Part shown: piece after piece, positions 20,351 through 30,937 of the stretch
Numbering within the stretch: the stretch's first letter is position 1
Layout of the letters: the number at the start of each line of letters is the position of its first letter
Assembly: GCA_037481835.1 (NCBI GenBank)
Contig: JBBFKW010000015.1
Span: 61,228-125,227, forward strand
Direction of reading: 5' to 3'
Length of the DNA: 64,000 bases
Origin: Desulfosoma sp.
GTDB taxonomy: Bacteria; Desulfobacterota; Syntrophobacteria; Syntrophobacterales; DSM-9756
Translations under genes and position numbers: made by a program
Notes under the pieces: model-generated
Seen by the model: the letters and a program-made list of their open reading frames with translations, nothing else
What the model was told of the DNA's origin: nothing
Database searches by the model: none

Positions 20351-21277
20351 TCAGCTCAAAGCTAAAAGCTTTTCCCGCAGGTTTTGGGATTTTCCGTGGA
20401 TCTGGAGCTTCCTGCGGATGTTTCGGCGATGGAAGCCCACCGTTTCCGTCGAGATATTGAGAAGCGAGGCGATCTCCTTGGAAGAACGTCCTTCACGCAC
20501 GAGCATGGCCACTTGAAGTTCCATGGGGGTGAGGCCCAGTTGGCGGCCTGCCAGGGCGCGGATGGAAGAGGCGGAGAGTTCCCTGAGCGTGACTTCCAAG
20601 ACTTCCAGTTCCTTCTTAAGGCCTTCGTCGAGCCGAGCCATCTTGAGGCGTTCCAATGCCGGGACGAGGAGTTGCCGGATGGCGGAAACCATGGCCGCCT
20701 GGAGCTCCGTTTTTTCCGATTCTCGAAGGTCCAGGATGGTTTTGAGAGTGATGTTGGATTCTTCCAACCGCTTGGCATAGGCCGAGAGTTCTTCTTCACG
20801 AAGGGCGAGTTTGTCCTGAATTTCTTTGAGGGGGGTGATATCTTCGTGGACAATGATGATGCGAAGAGGTCCAGCGCCCGCAAAACGCGTCACCCGCATG
20901 AAAAACCAACATTTTTCCGACGGGGAGTGGCACGGATAATCCATGCGGAATTCGCTCAAGGCGCCGTCCATCACGGCACGAATACCCGCAGCGGCTTCCT
21001 CGGCCCCTTCGGAACCCTCGCCCCGGGCTTCGTCGCACACACGCAAATAATTTACACCGATGGTGTCCGGAGGCAGCCGCAGCTGGTTGGCTTCGGCGTA
21101 TCTTTGCCACGGCTTGTTGGTCTTGATGATGACGCCCGATTCGTCCAGCACGGCGATGTGGGCGTCCAGGGAGTCCAGGACGTTTTCGAGAAAAGTCCGG
21201 TCGTTTTGGAGTTCTCGCACCTGCTGTTCCAAAAGCGACACGCGAGTCGAACCTGCGCGGGCATCCATGGCCGCCAT
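20351..21277 (-). CDS. PAS-domain LuxR-family regulator
   Basis: PAS (IAVLDESG..YPCHSP..WF) plus LTPMELQVA..GRSSKEIA..TVGFHRRNIRRKL. Confidence 0.9.
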   Translation of the reverse strand: MAAMDARAGSTRVSLLEQQVRELQNDRTFLENVLDSLDAHIAVLDESGVIIKTNKPWQRYAEANQLRLPPDTIGVNYLRVCDEARGEGSEGAEEAAAGIRAVMDGALSEFRMDYPCHSPSEKCWFFMRVTRFAGAGPLRIIIVHEDITPLKEIQDKLALREEELSAYAKRLEESNITLKTILDLRESEKTELQAAMVSAIRQLLVPALERLKMARLDEGLKKELEVLEVTLRELSASSIRALAGRQLGLTPMELQVAMLVREGRSSKEIASLLNISTETVGFHRRNIRRKLQIHGKSQNLREKLLALS

Positions 21278-21431
21278 CCCCCCTTTCGCGGGTTATCGCA
21301 CACGGAGAGAAAACCGCGGCGATGAATGCGTGATATTTTACACATTAAAGGGGGAACGGGCAATGTGCGGAAGAAACCCGAAGGGCGGAAGGGCCGGAGC
21401 GCGCCGAAGCGCGCCCCGTAGGGTGGTCTAG

Positions 21432-21935
21432 CTATTGAGCCGATCGCATGGGCCGAAGCAATCCCGGGCCGAAAGGAGCGCCGCCGCGTTCTTCCATCCA
21501 GGCTTTCACTTTGGCTTTTTGCTCTTCCGTCAGAAGAGGCATGACTTCCCGGCGCACCTTGGCCCTCAAGACCGCAAGATCCTCCTGGGCAGCGGCCGCC
21601 GCCTTGTGGGCTTCCCGAACGGCGGCTTCCGTTGCATTGTCCTGGGCAATGGTTTCGTTGAGCTTTCGGTGAGCGTCCGCGAGTTTCTTGAACGTTTCCT
21701 GAAATTCGCTGCGATGGGTTTTAAGGACCTCCAAAATTTTTTCCTGCTGCTCGGGACTGAGTTTCAGTTCCACGACGCGTTCGAGAAACTGGAAGAACAT
21801 TCCGCTGGCTTCCCCGCCGAAGGGGCCCGGTCCGTTGCCCGGAAAACCGAAGGCGCTGCATTCGGTCCTGGAGAGGCCGGTTACAAGGGCCAGAGCGAAA
21901 AACATTCCAACAAGCTTCTTGGTGCGGCGTTTCAT
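21432..21935 (-). CDS. Spy/CpxP-family periplasmic protein
   Basis: Signal peptide, LKLSPEQ and LTEEQ motifs; divergent from an RR/HK pair. Confidence 0.88.
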   Translation of the reverse strand: MKRRTKKLVGMFFALALVTGLSRTECSAFGFPGNGPGPFGGEASGMFFQFLERVVELKLSPEQQEKILEVLKTHRSEFQETFKKLADAHRKLNETIAQDNATEAAVREAHKAAAAAQEDLAVLRAKVRREVMPLLTEEQKAKVKAWMEERGGAPFGPGLLRPMRSAQ

Positions 21936-22064
21936 GGCAACCTCCTTTGATAGGTATGGATGGATTCTCGCGTGTCGCTTACGGGGCTCCCGGGAAAGCC
22001 GAACCCCGCCCGAACACGCATGGGAGGCATACCCCGGTTTTCTGTCAAGGTGTGCGAAGAGTCG

Positions 22065-22114
22065 GCAAAGAAGGGCAAAAAATTGTAAAGAACCCGTAAG
22101 ATTTCTTTACAATT
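22065..22114. promoter_or_regulatory. Candidate CpxR-type operator
   Basis: GCAAA/GCAAA/GTAAA at 22065/22075/22085, GTAAG at 22096; inverted repeat AATTGTAAAGAA-N10-TTCTTTACAATT. Confidence 0.6.
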
Positions 22115-22190
22115 CTTGACGTGGGGCCGAGACCCCAATGGGGTATGCTGGTATCGCAAGAAAAACGGACAGCGACCGGAGGGGGCGACT

Positions 22191-22916
22191 ATGGAAAAGG
22201 CCATTCGAGTCCTGGTGATCGACGACGATTGGGAGCTGTGTGCCCTCCTGGAGGAATACCTCGAACCTTTCGGTTTTTCGGTGGTCAGCGTGCACGACGG
22301 GGAAAAGGGAGTTCGAGCCCTGGAAGAACGAACTTTCGATGTGGTGATTCTCGATGTCATGCTGCCGGGGCGGGACGGCTTGGATATCCTGAGGTCCCTT
22401 CGGGCTCGAAGTGACGTGCCGGTGCTCATGCTGACGGCGCGGGGCGAAGATGTGGACCGCATTGTGGGCCTTGAGCTGGGGGCGGACGACTATCTGCCCA
22501 AGCCGTTCAATCCCAGGGAGCTTCTGGCCCGGTTGCGGGCTTTGCTCCGGCGCAGCCACCGTGCATCCGCTGAGGAACCCTCGGGCCGCCTTGAAGATGC
22601 AGCGCCCCGCGCGGATCCCATCGCGATCGGCGATGTGTCCTTGTCCCCCGCAACGCGCACGGTCCTATGCCGGGGTGAGCTCGTGCCTTTGACCGCGGTG
22701 GAATTCAACCTGCTCGAAGCCCTCATGCGATCCGCCGGGCAGGTGATGTCCCGTGAGGACTTGAGCCTCAAAGTGCTGGGTCGAAAGCTCCATCCCTATG
22801 ACAGGAGTCTGGACGTGCATGTGAGCAATCTCCGCAAAAAGCTGGGCGATTCTTCCGAAGGCGGCGAAAGGATCAAGACGGTTCGGGGCGTAGGCTATCT
22901 CTATGTGGCCGTCTGA
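22191..22916 (+). CDS. cpxR: OmpR-family response regulator (CpxR-like)
   Basis: IDDD, LDVMLP, GADDYLPKPF, DRSLDVHVSNLRKKL, TVRGVGY. Confidence 0.88.
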   Translation: MEKAIRVLVIDDDWELCALLEEYLEPFGFSVVSVHDGEKGVRALEERTFDVVILDVMLPGRDGLDILRSLRARSDVPVLMLTARGEDVDRIVGLELGADDYLPKPFNPRELLARLRALLRRSHRASAEEPSGRLEDAAPRADPIAIGDVSLSPATRTVLCRGELVPLTAVEFNLLEALMRSAGQVMSREDLSLKVLGRKLHPYDRSLDVHVSNLRKKLGDSSEGGERIKTVRGVGYLYVAV

Positions 22917-22991
22917 TCGGGTTCCTTTCTCATCGGCAGTATCCGGGGCAGGGACGGACAGAGCCCTGTCGCCGTCGTTTGGGGGCGAGGG

Positions 22992-24371
22992 ATGAGAGGC
23001 GTTTTCGGAAAGATCTTCTTGGCCTTCTGTGGGAGCATTTGCGCCGGAGCTTTTCTTTCCGCGCTGGTTCTCGGGTATTTGTTTCCGAGGAAAAACTGGC
23101 TGGAAGGCTGGTGGCAGGCGACCCGGCATACGGTGCGCCTTGTGGGCATCACGGGGTTGTCCATTTATGAGGAGCGCGGCCCCGATGCCTTGGCTCGGTT
23201 TGTTGAGCAATTGGAAAACGACCGCTCAGTCCGCTACTTTTTCTTGGACGGTTCGGGCCGGGAGCTTTTGGGCCGTCCCCTGCCGAAAGACCTGCCGTGG
23301 AATCCTCCCATGCCGGCGCTGCGTCGTCCGGATCACCGGCTGCAGATTCTTCCCTCACCCATGGAGGTCGTGGGGCTCACCGGCCCATCCGGCGCCCCTT
23401 ATACTCTCCTTCGCCATCTTGTGGCCCCCATGCCGCCTCCGCCCCGCTCGCGGCTCGTCCCGCAAGCAGTGACCCTCGGAGGCCTCCTGTGCGCGGCTTC
23501 CGTGCTCTGCTTTTTCCTCGCCCGAAATTTCGTCGCGCCTTTACGGGCCTTGCAACACAGCGCCCGCCTCTTGGCCGCGGGGGATTTCGGGGCCAGGGTG
23601 GGGAGCGAGGTGCGGAACCGAAAGGACGAATTCGGTGTCTTGGGCCGGGACTTCGATCACATGGCCGAGCGGCTCGGCCGGCTTGTGGAAGCGCAACGCC
23701 AGCTCCTGCGGGATGTCTCCCACGAACTGCGCTCTCCGCTCACACGCCTCGGCGTGGCTGTCGAACTCACGAGAAAGCAAGCCCCTCGGGAACTTTCCCC
23801 GTTTTTCGATCGCATTGAAAAGGAATCGGAAAGACTCAACACGCTCATTTCCCATGTGCTCACCTTGGCTCGACTGGACCACGGGGGACCGGTCGTGCCT
23901 GAAGAGCGAGTGGCTTTTCATGGGCTTGTGGAAGAAGCGGCTCGGGACGCCGATTTCGAGGCCCACAGTAAAGGGGTCGCCGTGCACTGGTCGCTCGAAC
24001 CGGCCGAGGTGATCGGTTCTGCTGATCTTCTTCGGAGTGCGGTGGAAAACGTCATTCGAAACGCGGTGAAGTATTCCCCGGCGGGCGGTGTCGTCCGCGT
24101 ATCCATGGAACGGCGCCCGTCCGAACAGGGGCAGCGCATCATCCTTCGCGTGGAAGACGAAGGGCCCGGTGTGCCTGAGAGTCATCTTCCCGAAATCTTT
24201 CGGCCGTTTTATCGGGTGGCGGAAGACCGTAACCGCACGACGGGGGGCTCGGGTTTGGGCCTGGCCATCGCTTTCAAAGCCGTGCAGCGGCACGGGGGCA
24301 CGATGAGCGCGGCCAACCGGCCTGAAGGGGGGCTGTGTGTCACCCTGGAATTGCCGGCGGCCCCTTCGTGA
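22992..24371 (+). CDS. cpxA: HAMP sensor histidine kinase (CpxA-like)
   Basis: Two TMs, HAMP, DVSHELRSPL, ENVIRNA, DEGPG, GGSGLGL. Confidence 0.88.
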   Translation: MRGVFGKIFLAFCGSICAGAFLSALVLGYLFPRKNWLEGWWQATRHTVRLVGITGLSIYEERGPDALARFVEQLENDRSVRYFFLDGSGRELLGRPLPKDLPWNPPMPALRRPDHRLQILPSPMEVVGLTGPSGAPYTLLRHLVAPMPPPPRSRLVPQAVTLGGLLCAASVLCFFLARNFVAPLRALQHSARLLAAGDFGARVGSEVRNRKDEFGVLGRDFDHMAERLGRLVEAQRQLLRDVSHELRSPLTRLGVAVELTRKQAPRELSPFFDRIEKESERLNTLISHVLTLARLDHGGPVVPEERVAFHGLVEEAARDADFEAHSKGVAVHWSLEPAEVIGSADLLRSAVENVIRNAVKYSPAGGVVRVSMERRPSEQGQRIILRVEDEGPGVPESHLPEIFRPFYRVAEDRNRTTGGSGLGLAIAFKAVQRHGGTMSAANRPEGGLCVTLELPAAPS

Positions 24372-24378
24372 CGCAGGG

Positions 24379-24972
24379 TCACTTCCTTCGGTACCAATAC
24401 CATGCCGAGGGGTGGCCCTTTTCTTCCCCGATCACATAGCGTTCCCGCGTAAAGGCCGCGCTGAAAAGGGCTTCCACCTCTTCGGGGGAAATGCCCCACA
24501 GGCCGCCCCGCCATGGGCGGGGAAGCCAGGCATAAAGCATGTACCAGGCCTTGGAGACCGTGAGGCGTTCCAGTTCGCGGGCGTATCGGCGCCGTCCCTT
24601 GTCGTTCAAGGCAAAAAGGCAGCCGATGTCCAAGACGTAGTCATAGGGGCCATGGAGCATGGACAGGTTGGTCACATCGGCGACGTAGAAAGTGATGGAA
24701 AGCCCCGAGGCGGCGGCTTTCTTTCGCGCTTTTTGGATGGCCTTGGGAGAAAAATCCACCCCGGTGACGTCCCACCCGTGCCGCGCCAAGGTGATGGCGT
24801 TGGTTCCCGTGCCGCAGCCCAAGTCCAAGGCCTTTCCCGGAGGAGTCTGCGACAGGAATTCCATGACTTCGGGCGGCGTGATCCCCGTATCCCACGGCGT
24901 TTGTCCGCGAAGGTAGCGCCATTCAAATCCCCAGCGGCTCCTCATGAACCAGTCTCTCAGGCTCTGCCACAT
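24379..24972 (-). CDS. Class I SAM methyltransferase (TPMT/TehB-like)
   Basis: TPWDTG, ALDLGCGTG, GVDFS. Confidence 0.9.
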   Translation of the reverse strand: MWQSLRDWFMRSRWGFEWRYLRGQTPWDTGITPPEVMEFLSQTPPGKALDLGCGTGTNAITLARHGWDVTGVDFSPKAIQKARKKAAASGLSITFYVADVTNLSMLHGPYDYVLDIGCLFALNDKGRRRYARELERLTVSKAWYMLYAWLPRPWRGGLWGISPEEVEALFSAAFTRERYVIGEEKGHPSAWYWYRRK

Positions 24973-25308
24973 GCCGGATGTCCTTCCCTATCGTGTCCTT
25001 AGAAAACCTCGAGGCGGGACCGGCCAAGCCGACGATTCCAATCGCTCGTGGATCGCCGCCGCGCTTCTGTCATTTCTCATGAAAAGCCTTGGCGCACAAG
25101 GCCGTCTTAGCGGCCCGGCTCGGAGAATGATCCTTTTCGAGGCGCGGCCGTGTCCGGCAAGGGGCGAGAAAGCCTCCCCATGCCGGGGCTGACAAGCGCT
25201 CAAAGGGCGAATGGTTCCGCCGTTCTTCACATCCAAGCGGGGGTGTGCCATAGTAGCGGACACGGTCGAGGGCTTAAGGAGGCAACCCGGGGGAGGAGGA
25301 CCTGGATC

Positions 25309-26745
25309 GTGTCGGTCCGAAAGTGGGGTTTTGTCATCGCCGCGCCGCACAGCGGTTCGGGAAAAACCACGGTGACGTTGGCGATCCTGGCGGCGCTTCG
25401 GAAGCGGGGCGTCGCGGTGCAGCCTTTCAAAGTCGGCCCCGATTTCATCGACCCCGGTCTTCACACGCGGGTCACGGGCAGAGCCTCCCGAAACCTCGAC
25501 GGCTGGATGCTTTCCCGCGAAACGAACCGGGCCCTCTTTTCTCGGGCCTTGGCTGAAGCCGACGCTGCCGTTGTGGAAGGTGTCATGGGCCTCTTTGACG
25601 GCTACGACGGCATTTCGGAAGCGGGCAGCACGGCGGAAATGGCCAAGTGGCTGGGCCTGCCGGTCGTCCTTGTCGTGGACGCCCGAAGCATGGCTCGAAG
25701 CGTCGCCGCCTTGGTCCACGGCTTCTGTTACTTCGATCCCGAACTCCGTTGTGCCGGCGTCATCTTTAACCGGGTGGGCAGCGACGCCCACCTGGACTTC
25801 CTCAAGGAAGCCATGACGGCGAGCCATCCCAATCTTCCCGTCCTGGGCGGTTTTCCCCGTGACGATGGGGTAAGACTTCCGGAACGTCACCTGGGCCTGG
25901 TGACAGCCGAAGAAAGCCCCTTGGATGAGGCCTTCGTGGAATCCCTGGCCCGTGCCGCCGAAACCCATCTGGATCTGGACGCTTTGCCGGCCGCAACGGC
26001 TCTGGTCTTGCCAATGGACGAGGCGGCCTCGGTCCAATGCACGGGAGCGCCCGGGGGAACTCCTCGAGATTCATCCACGGTTCAGGAAGGCGGGTCGGGG
26101 CCCGTCATCGCGGTCGCCCGGGATGCCGCCTTTTGCTTTTATTACGAAGATAACCTGGATCTTTTGAAAACTTACGGCGCTCGGCTGATCTTTTTCTCGC
26201 CCCTTGCGGGGGAAACCCTTCCGAAGGACGCCGGGGCGTTGTATCTCGGCGGAGGCTACCCCGAAGTGCACGCGCAAGCCCTGCGACGAAACGAGCGTTT
26301 CTTCAGCGACCTGAGAGCCTTCGCCGCCGCCGGACGGCCCGTTTACGCCGAATGCGGGGGGCTCATGGTGCTCAGCCGAGCCATCCAACTCCTTTCCGGG
26401 GACATCGTTCCCATGGCCGGGATTCTTCCCTTTGCCACGCGCATGCTGCCCAAACGCAAGGCCCTCGGCTACGTGGAGGTGCTCCTCAGCAGGCCGTGCC
26501 TTCTGGGCGATGCGGGAACCCGACTGCGGGGCCATGAATTTCATTATTCGGAAATCGTCGGCGATCCGGCCCCGGATTCCCTGTCCCTGTGCTATCGACT
26601 CACGGCGCGAAAATACCGCCCGGAACAGGACGAGGGATATCAGGTAGGCTCGGTCCTCGCCAGCTACGTGCATCTCCACTGGGGCAGCGCCCCTCACGCC
26701 GCGGCCCGCTTTGTGGACGCCGCTCGAAAAGCCCGTGGAAAATGA
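25309..26745 (+). CDS. cbiA: Cobyrinate a,c-diamide synthase
   Basis: SGSGKTT, FKVGPDFIDP, EGVMGLFDG, ERHLGL, AECGG, GHEFHYS. Confidence 0.96.
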   Translation: MSVRKWGFVIAAPHSGSGKTTVTLAILAALRKRGVAVQPFKVGPDFIDPGLHTRVTGRASRNLDGWMLSRETNRALFSRALAEADAAVVEGVMGLFDGYDGISEAGSTAEMAKWLGLPVVLVVDARSMARSVAALVHGFCYFDPELRCAGVIFNRVGSDAHLDFLKEAMTASHPNLPVLGGFPRDDGVRLPERHLGLVTAEESPLDEAFVESLARAAETHLDLDALPAATALVLPMDEAASVQCTGAPGGTPRDSSTVQEGGSGPVIAVARDAAFCFYYEDNLDLLKTYGARLIFFSPLAGETLPKDAGALYLGGGYPEVHAQALRRNERFFSDLRAFAAAGRPVYAECGGLMVLSRAIQLLSGDIVPMAGILPFATRMLPKRKALGYVEVLLSRPCLLGDAGTRLRGHEFHYSEIVGDPAPDSLSLCYRLTARKYRPEQDEGYQVGSVLASYVHLHWGSAPHAAARFVDAARKARGK

Positions 26746-28307
26746 AGCATCGACGTGCCAAGACCCTCATGTTTCTCGGGACGGGATCGGATGTGGGAAA
26801 AAGCATCCTGGCGGCCGCCTTCTGCCGGATCCTGAAACAAGAAGGCTATCACGTGGCGCCTTTCAAGGCCCAAAACATGGCGCTCAACTCCTTCATCACG
26901 CCGGAAGGCGGCGAAATGGGCCGAGCCCAGGTGGTCCAAGCGGAAGCGGCCGGAATCCCGCCCCATGTGGACATGAACCCCATTCTCCTCAAACCCACCT
27001 CGTCCATGGGCTCCCAGGTCATCGTTTTGGGCAAGGCCGTGGGCACCTTTTCCGCCAAAGAATACTACGCCTATAAGAAAAAGCTGGTGCCGGTGGTTCG
27101 TGAGGCCTTCCGACGCCTTGCCGCCCGATACGACGTGGTGGTCCTCGAAGGGGCGGGAAGCGCCGTGGAACTGAACCTCAAGGAGCACGATCTTGTCAAT
27201 TTGGCCATGGCCCGCATGGCCCAGGCCCCGTGCCTTCTCGTCGGGGATATCGACCGCGGCGGCATTTTCGCCTCCCTTTTGGGATCGTTGATGCTCATGG
27301 ACCGCGAAGAACGGGAGCGGATCGCCGGATTCATCGTGAACAAGTTTCGGGGCGATCCGGACCTGTTTCAGCCCGGAGTCCGCATTCTCGAAGAGCGTTC
27401 AGGACGTCCGGTGCTCGGTGTCGTGCCCTATTTCCAGCACATTTCCATCGCCGAGGAAGACAGTGTGGCTTTGGCGAAACGCGTTTCCAAGGGAGCGGAA
27501 GAAGGCGCCTCCCATGATCTTTTGGACATCGGCGTGGTGCGGCTTCCGTTCGTTTCCAACTACACGGATTTCCAATGCTTGGAACAGGATCCCCGGGTCC
27601 GTCTCGTCTATTTCGAAAAACCTGCCGCCGTCTTCCGCTGCGATGCGGTCATTGTGCCGGGCAGCAAGAACACCATCGAAGACATGCTGGCCTTGGAGCG
27701 CTCGGGAATGGCCGACGCCCTTCGCGCCTACCACAAAGCCGACGGAGTCTTGGTGGGCATTTGCGGCGGCTATCAAATGCTCGGCCGGCGCATCCTCGAC
27801 CCTCACGGCGTGGAAAGCGGTGTTCGCGAAACGAAGGGATTGGGCCTTTTGGACATGACCACCGAGATGGCTTCGGAGAAGATCACCACGCAAGTGACGG
27901 CCCGACTTCGGGATCCGAATCCTCTGGGATCCGAAGACCTTTACCCCCTTTACGGATACGAAATCCACATGGGGCGGAGCCGCTTCGAGAGCGCTTCCGA
28001 TGTTTTTCCTCTTTTTTGCATTGTGCAGCGAAACGGGCGGGACGTCCCGAAGGACGAAGCCCAGGACGGCGCCTGGGCTTACGGGGGGCGGGTCTGGGGG
28101 ACTTACATCCACGGTATTTTCGACAACGACGCCTTCCGGACGCGATTCCTCGCCTTTCTTGCGGCGCGCAAAGGCAAGGCTCTGGCGGTCCACGACGGAT
28201 CCTTCGGGTTTTCCCGCTGGAAAGAGCAGCAATACGACCTCTTGGCCGACCATGTGCGCCGCCATTGCGACGTGGAGCGCATCATGAGCCTCATGGGCTT
28301 GAGGTAG
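26742..28307 (+). CDS. cobQ: Cobyric acid synthase
   Basis: GTGSDVGKS, PFKAQNM, EGAGS, GICGGYQMLG, GYEIH, GTYIHG. Confidence 0.97.
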   Translation: MKHRRAKTLMFLGTGSDVGKSILAAAFCRILKQEGYHVAPFKAQNMALNSFITPEGGEMGRAQVVQAEAAGIPPHVDMNPILLKPTSSMGSQVIVLGKAVGTFSAKEYYAYKKKLVPVVREAFRRLAARYDVVVLEGAGSAVELNLKEHDLVNLAMARMAQAPCLLVGDIDRGGIFASLLGSLMLMDREERERIAGFIVNKFRGDPDLFQPGVRILEERSGRPVLGVVPYFQHISIAEEDSVALAKRVSKGAEEGASHDLLDIGVVRLPFVSNYTDFQCLEQDPRVRLVYFEKPAAVFRCDAVIVPGSKNTIEDMLALERSGMADALRAYHKADGVLVGICGGYQMLGRRILDPHGVESGVRETKGLGLLDMTTEMASEKITTQVTARLRDPNPLGSEDLYPLYGYEIHMGRSRFESASDVFPLFCIVQRNGRDVPKDEAQDGAWAYGGRVWGTYIHGIFDNDAFRTRFLAFLAARKGKALAVHDGSFGFSRWKEQQYDLLADHVRRHCDVERIMSLMGLR

Positions 28308-28314
28308 AAACGGC

Positions 28315-29286
28315 GTGGCGGGGATTTTCTCTTTTTCCGCACCCTTTGTGCTCGCAGCCTTCGCCCTGGACCTGGTCCTGGGGGACCCGCCCCATTGGCC
28401 CCATCCCGTGCGATGGATCGGGCGGCTCATCCAAACCACGGAAGGCGTGTTCTACAAGGGCGGCGACACGCCGACGGGGCAGCGCCTTCGGGGTGTGCTT
28501 TTTTGGATCGTCAACGTCTGCGCCGTGTCAGGCTGTGTTGCGGTACTCCTTGCGGCGGCCAACTGGATCCATGGCGGTTTCGCCGCGTTGTGTTCCCTCT
28601 GGATCGCCTATACGGCCCTGGCAACCCGAAGCCTCTACGACGAATCCAAGGCGGTGGCGACGGCCTTGGAATCCGGCCGCATCGACGAAGCGCGCCGGCT
28701 TCTTTCGCGGATCGTCAGTCGCCAAACGGAACACCTGGATGCCGAAGGCATCTGGAAAGCCCTCCTTGAAACGGTTTCCGAAAACCTTTCCGACGGGGTT
28801 ATGGCCCCTCTTTTCTATTTGGCCCTGGGCGGCCCCCTGGGGGTCATGGTTTACAAAGCCGTCAACACCATGGACTCCATGGTGGGCTATAAAAACGACC
28901 GCTACATCCATTTCGGCTGGTGGGCGGCTCGCATGGATGATCTCGTCAACTGGATTCCCGCGCGGCTCACGGCCCTCGCGCTCGTGGCGGCCGGTGCCGC
29001 CTGGGGCCTCAACTGGCGCCGCGGCTGGGCCGTTATGAGACGGGACGCCCGGAAGCACAAGAGCCCCAACGCAGGATTTCCGGAAGCGGCCGCCGCCGGC
29101 CTTCTGGGCGTGCAGTTGGGTGGGCCCGGGGTCTATTTCGGGCGCGTGGTGGTAAAGCCCGCCTTGGGAGATCCCCTAAGGCCGGTGGACGGGGAGTCCT
29201 TCCGGATCATGGTGCGCCTTCTTTTTACGACCTCGGCCCTGGGGGCGCTCTCGGCCGCCCTGGTGCGCGCCCTGTGGGGGGGATGA
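28315..29286 (+). CDS. cbiB: Adenosylcobinamide-phosphate synthase
   Basis: GDP..HPV, ENLSDG, NTMDSMVGY, SPNAG. Confidence 0.96.
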   Translation: MAGIFSFSAPFVLAAFALDLVLGDPPHWPHPVRWIGRLIQTTEGVFYKGGDTPTGQRLRGVLFWIVNVCAVSGCVAVLLAAANWIHGGFAALCSLWIAYTALATRSLYDESKAVATALESGRIDEARRLLSRIVSRQTEHLDAEGIWKALLETVSENLSDGVMAPLFYLALGGPLGVMVYKAVNTMDSMVGYKNDRYIHFGWWAARMDDLVNWIPARLTALALVAAGAAWGLNWRRGWAVMRRDARKHKSPNAGFPEAAAAGLLGVQLGGPGVYFGRVVVKPALGDPLRPVDGESFRIMVRLLFTTSALGALSAALVRALWGG

Positions 29287-29366
29287 GTGACGGGGGCCCG
29301 GTGTGGAGGACGGAAAGCCGAACCCGGGCGGCATCTTGTGTGCCCATGCGGAAGAGAAGGGAGGAG

Positions 29367-30494
29367 ATGGCGAGTAACGGCAGCATGGAAAGAATTCATG
29401 GCGGAAACGTCTACGAGACGGCCCGGCGCCTGGGATGCGCCCCTGAGGACATCCTGGATTTCAGCGCCAGCATCAACCCCCTGGGGCCTCCGCCGGGGCT
29501 TTTGGATGTCCTGGTGGCCGCCTACGGCCGGGTGCAGCACTACCCGGACATCCACAACAGCGCCTTGCTGGAAGGGCTGTCCCGGCGCCACGGTGTGGCC
29601 ACGAATGAGGTCGTAGTGGGAAACGGCTCAACGGAACTCATCTACGCCCTCCCCAGGATTTTGCGGGCTGGCCGGGTGCTCACGGCCCTTCCGACCTTTA
29701 CCGAATACATGCGGGCTTTTGCCATAGCCGGGGCGGTGCTGGACCGGTGTTACGGGACCTGGGAAAACGGGCTGCAGCCCACCGCCAAAGAGATCTCGGA
29801 ACGCCTTGACCAGAAACAGCCCGATGCGGTGCTGGTGACCCATCCGGGAAGCCCTTCGGGAACGCTCCTTTCCGAGTCCATGCGGGCGTGGCTCGTGGAG
29901 GAAACCCGGCGGCGGGGCATCACTCTGGTGGTGGACGAGGTTTTCATCGATTTTTGTGAAGAGGCGTCCTTCTTGCCCTACCTTGCCGAACATCCCCGCC
30001 TGGTGCTCATCCGGTCCATGACCAAGTTCTACGGCATCCCCGGGCTTCGACTGGGGTATCTACTGGCCTCCCGGGACATCGCCGCTGCCGCCGCCAGGCA
30101 TCTCCCCCCCTGGTCCGTGAACACCCTGGCCCAGGAAGCCGGGCTCCACTGCCTGGATCAGGAAGAGTACCGTCTGGAGACGCTCCGGCTGGTAAGCGAG
30201 GAAAGATCGATGCTGAAGCGGGCGTTGGAGGGGATGGGAGGGTTTTCGGTGCTGCCCGGCCGGGCGAACTACCTGCTGGTGCGGATGGCGGAAGACCATC
30301 CGGACGCCCTGGCACTGAAAGAGGCCCTGCTTTTCCGGGATCGGCTGCTCATTCGCGAATGCGCCTCCTTCGACGGGTTGACTCGCCGGGATTTTCGCAT
30401 CGCCGTGCGTCTTCCCGCCCAAAACGACCGGCTCCTCACCGCCCTCCGCCGCTGGCTCCGCGATGCAGGCCGAAAGAGCGCCCCGCCCGCCTGA
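29367..30494 (+). CDS. cobD: L-threonine-O-3-phosphate decarboxylase
   Basis: HGGN, DFSASINP, VDEVF, SMTKFYGIPGLRLGY; cob context. Confidence 0.9.
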   Translation: MASNGSMERIHGGNVYETARRLGCAPEDILDFSASINPLGPPPGLLDVLVAAYGRVQHYPDIHNSALLEGLSRRHGVATNEVVVGNGSTELIYALPRILRAGRVLTALPTFTEYMRAFAIAGAVLDRCYGTWENGLQPTAKEISERLDQKQPDAVLVTHPGSPSGTLLSESMRAWLVEETRRRGITLVVDEVFIDFCEEASFLPYLAEHPRLVLIRSMTKFYGIPGLRLGYLLASRDIAAAAARHLPPWSVNTLAQEAGLHCLDQEEYRLETLRLVSEERSMLKRALEGMGGFSVLPGRANYLLVRMAEDHPDALALKEALLFRDRLLIRECASFDGLTRRDFRIAVRLPAQNDRLLTALRRWLRDAGRKSAPPA

Positions 30495-30499
30495 GCGCT

Positions 30500-30637
30500 T
30501 CACCAAGACTGGCGTATGATGGAATGAAGTGTGCCGATTCTCATTTCCTCACGGTCAGGAACGGGAACCGTTATGGTAGCCTGAGGAAGTTTCTTCTGCA
30601 TCACGACATGACTGCCCCGCCGACGCACTTCAATAAA
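30500..30637 (-). pseudogene. HicA toxin remnant lacking its N-terminus
   Basis: FIEVRRRGSHVVMQKKLPQATITVPVPDREEMRIGTLHSIIRQSW*: GSH, VPVP and GTL.SIIRQ motifs. Confidence 0.82.
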
Positions 30638-30937
30638 GCAAGGAGTTCGGGCTTCTCGTCGGTCGGACGCTGGACATGGCGACGGCGGTCCTTGGGGGTT
30701 CCATGCTCCTCGGCACAGGGGGGGAGCCCAGCGGAGAAAAGGTTCGGGGGAGCGTGTCCATCCGTGTGAGCCGATGGATCAAGGCGCTCATTTGGACTTT
30801 TACCATGGGCTCTTCGCTGCTCCTAAGCAAGCACGAGCCAACGCTGATAGAGTCGCTCCGTAATCGGCTGACGGCCGGTCCGTTTGAGAAGAATGCCAGG
30901 TGTTTCCGCGGCTCGGTATGCGCTGTGGGTGCAGCCG

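Noticed and set aside
24973..25308. Cobalamin riboswitch before cbiA
   Set aside because: No GGGAA...GCCCCCGCAACTGT or B12-box core visible; an Rfam scan would settle it
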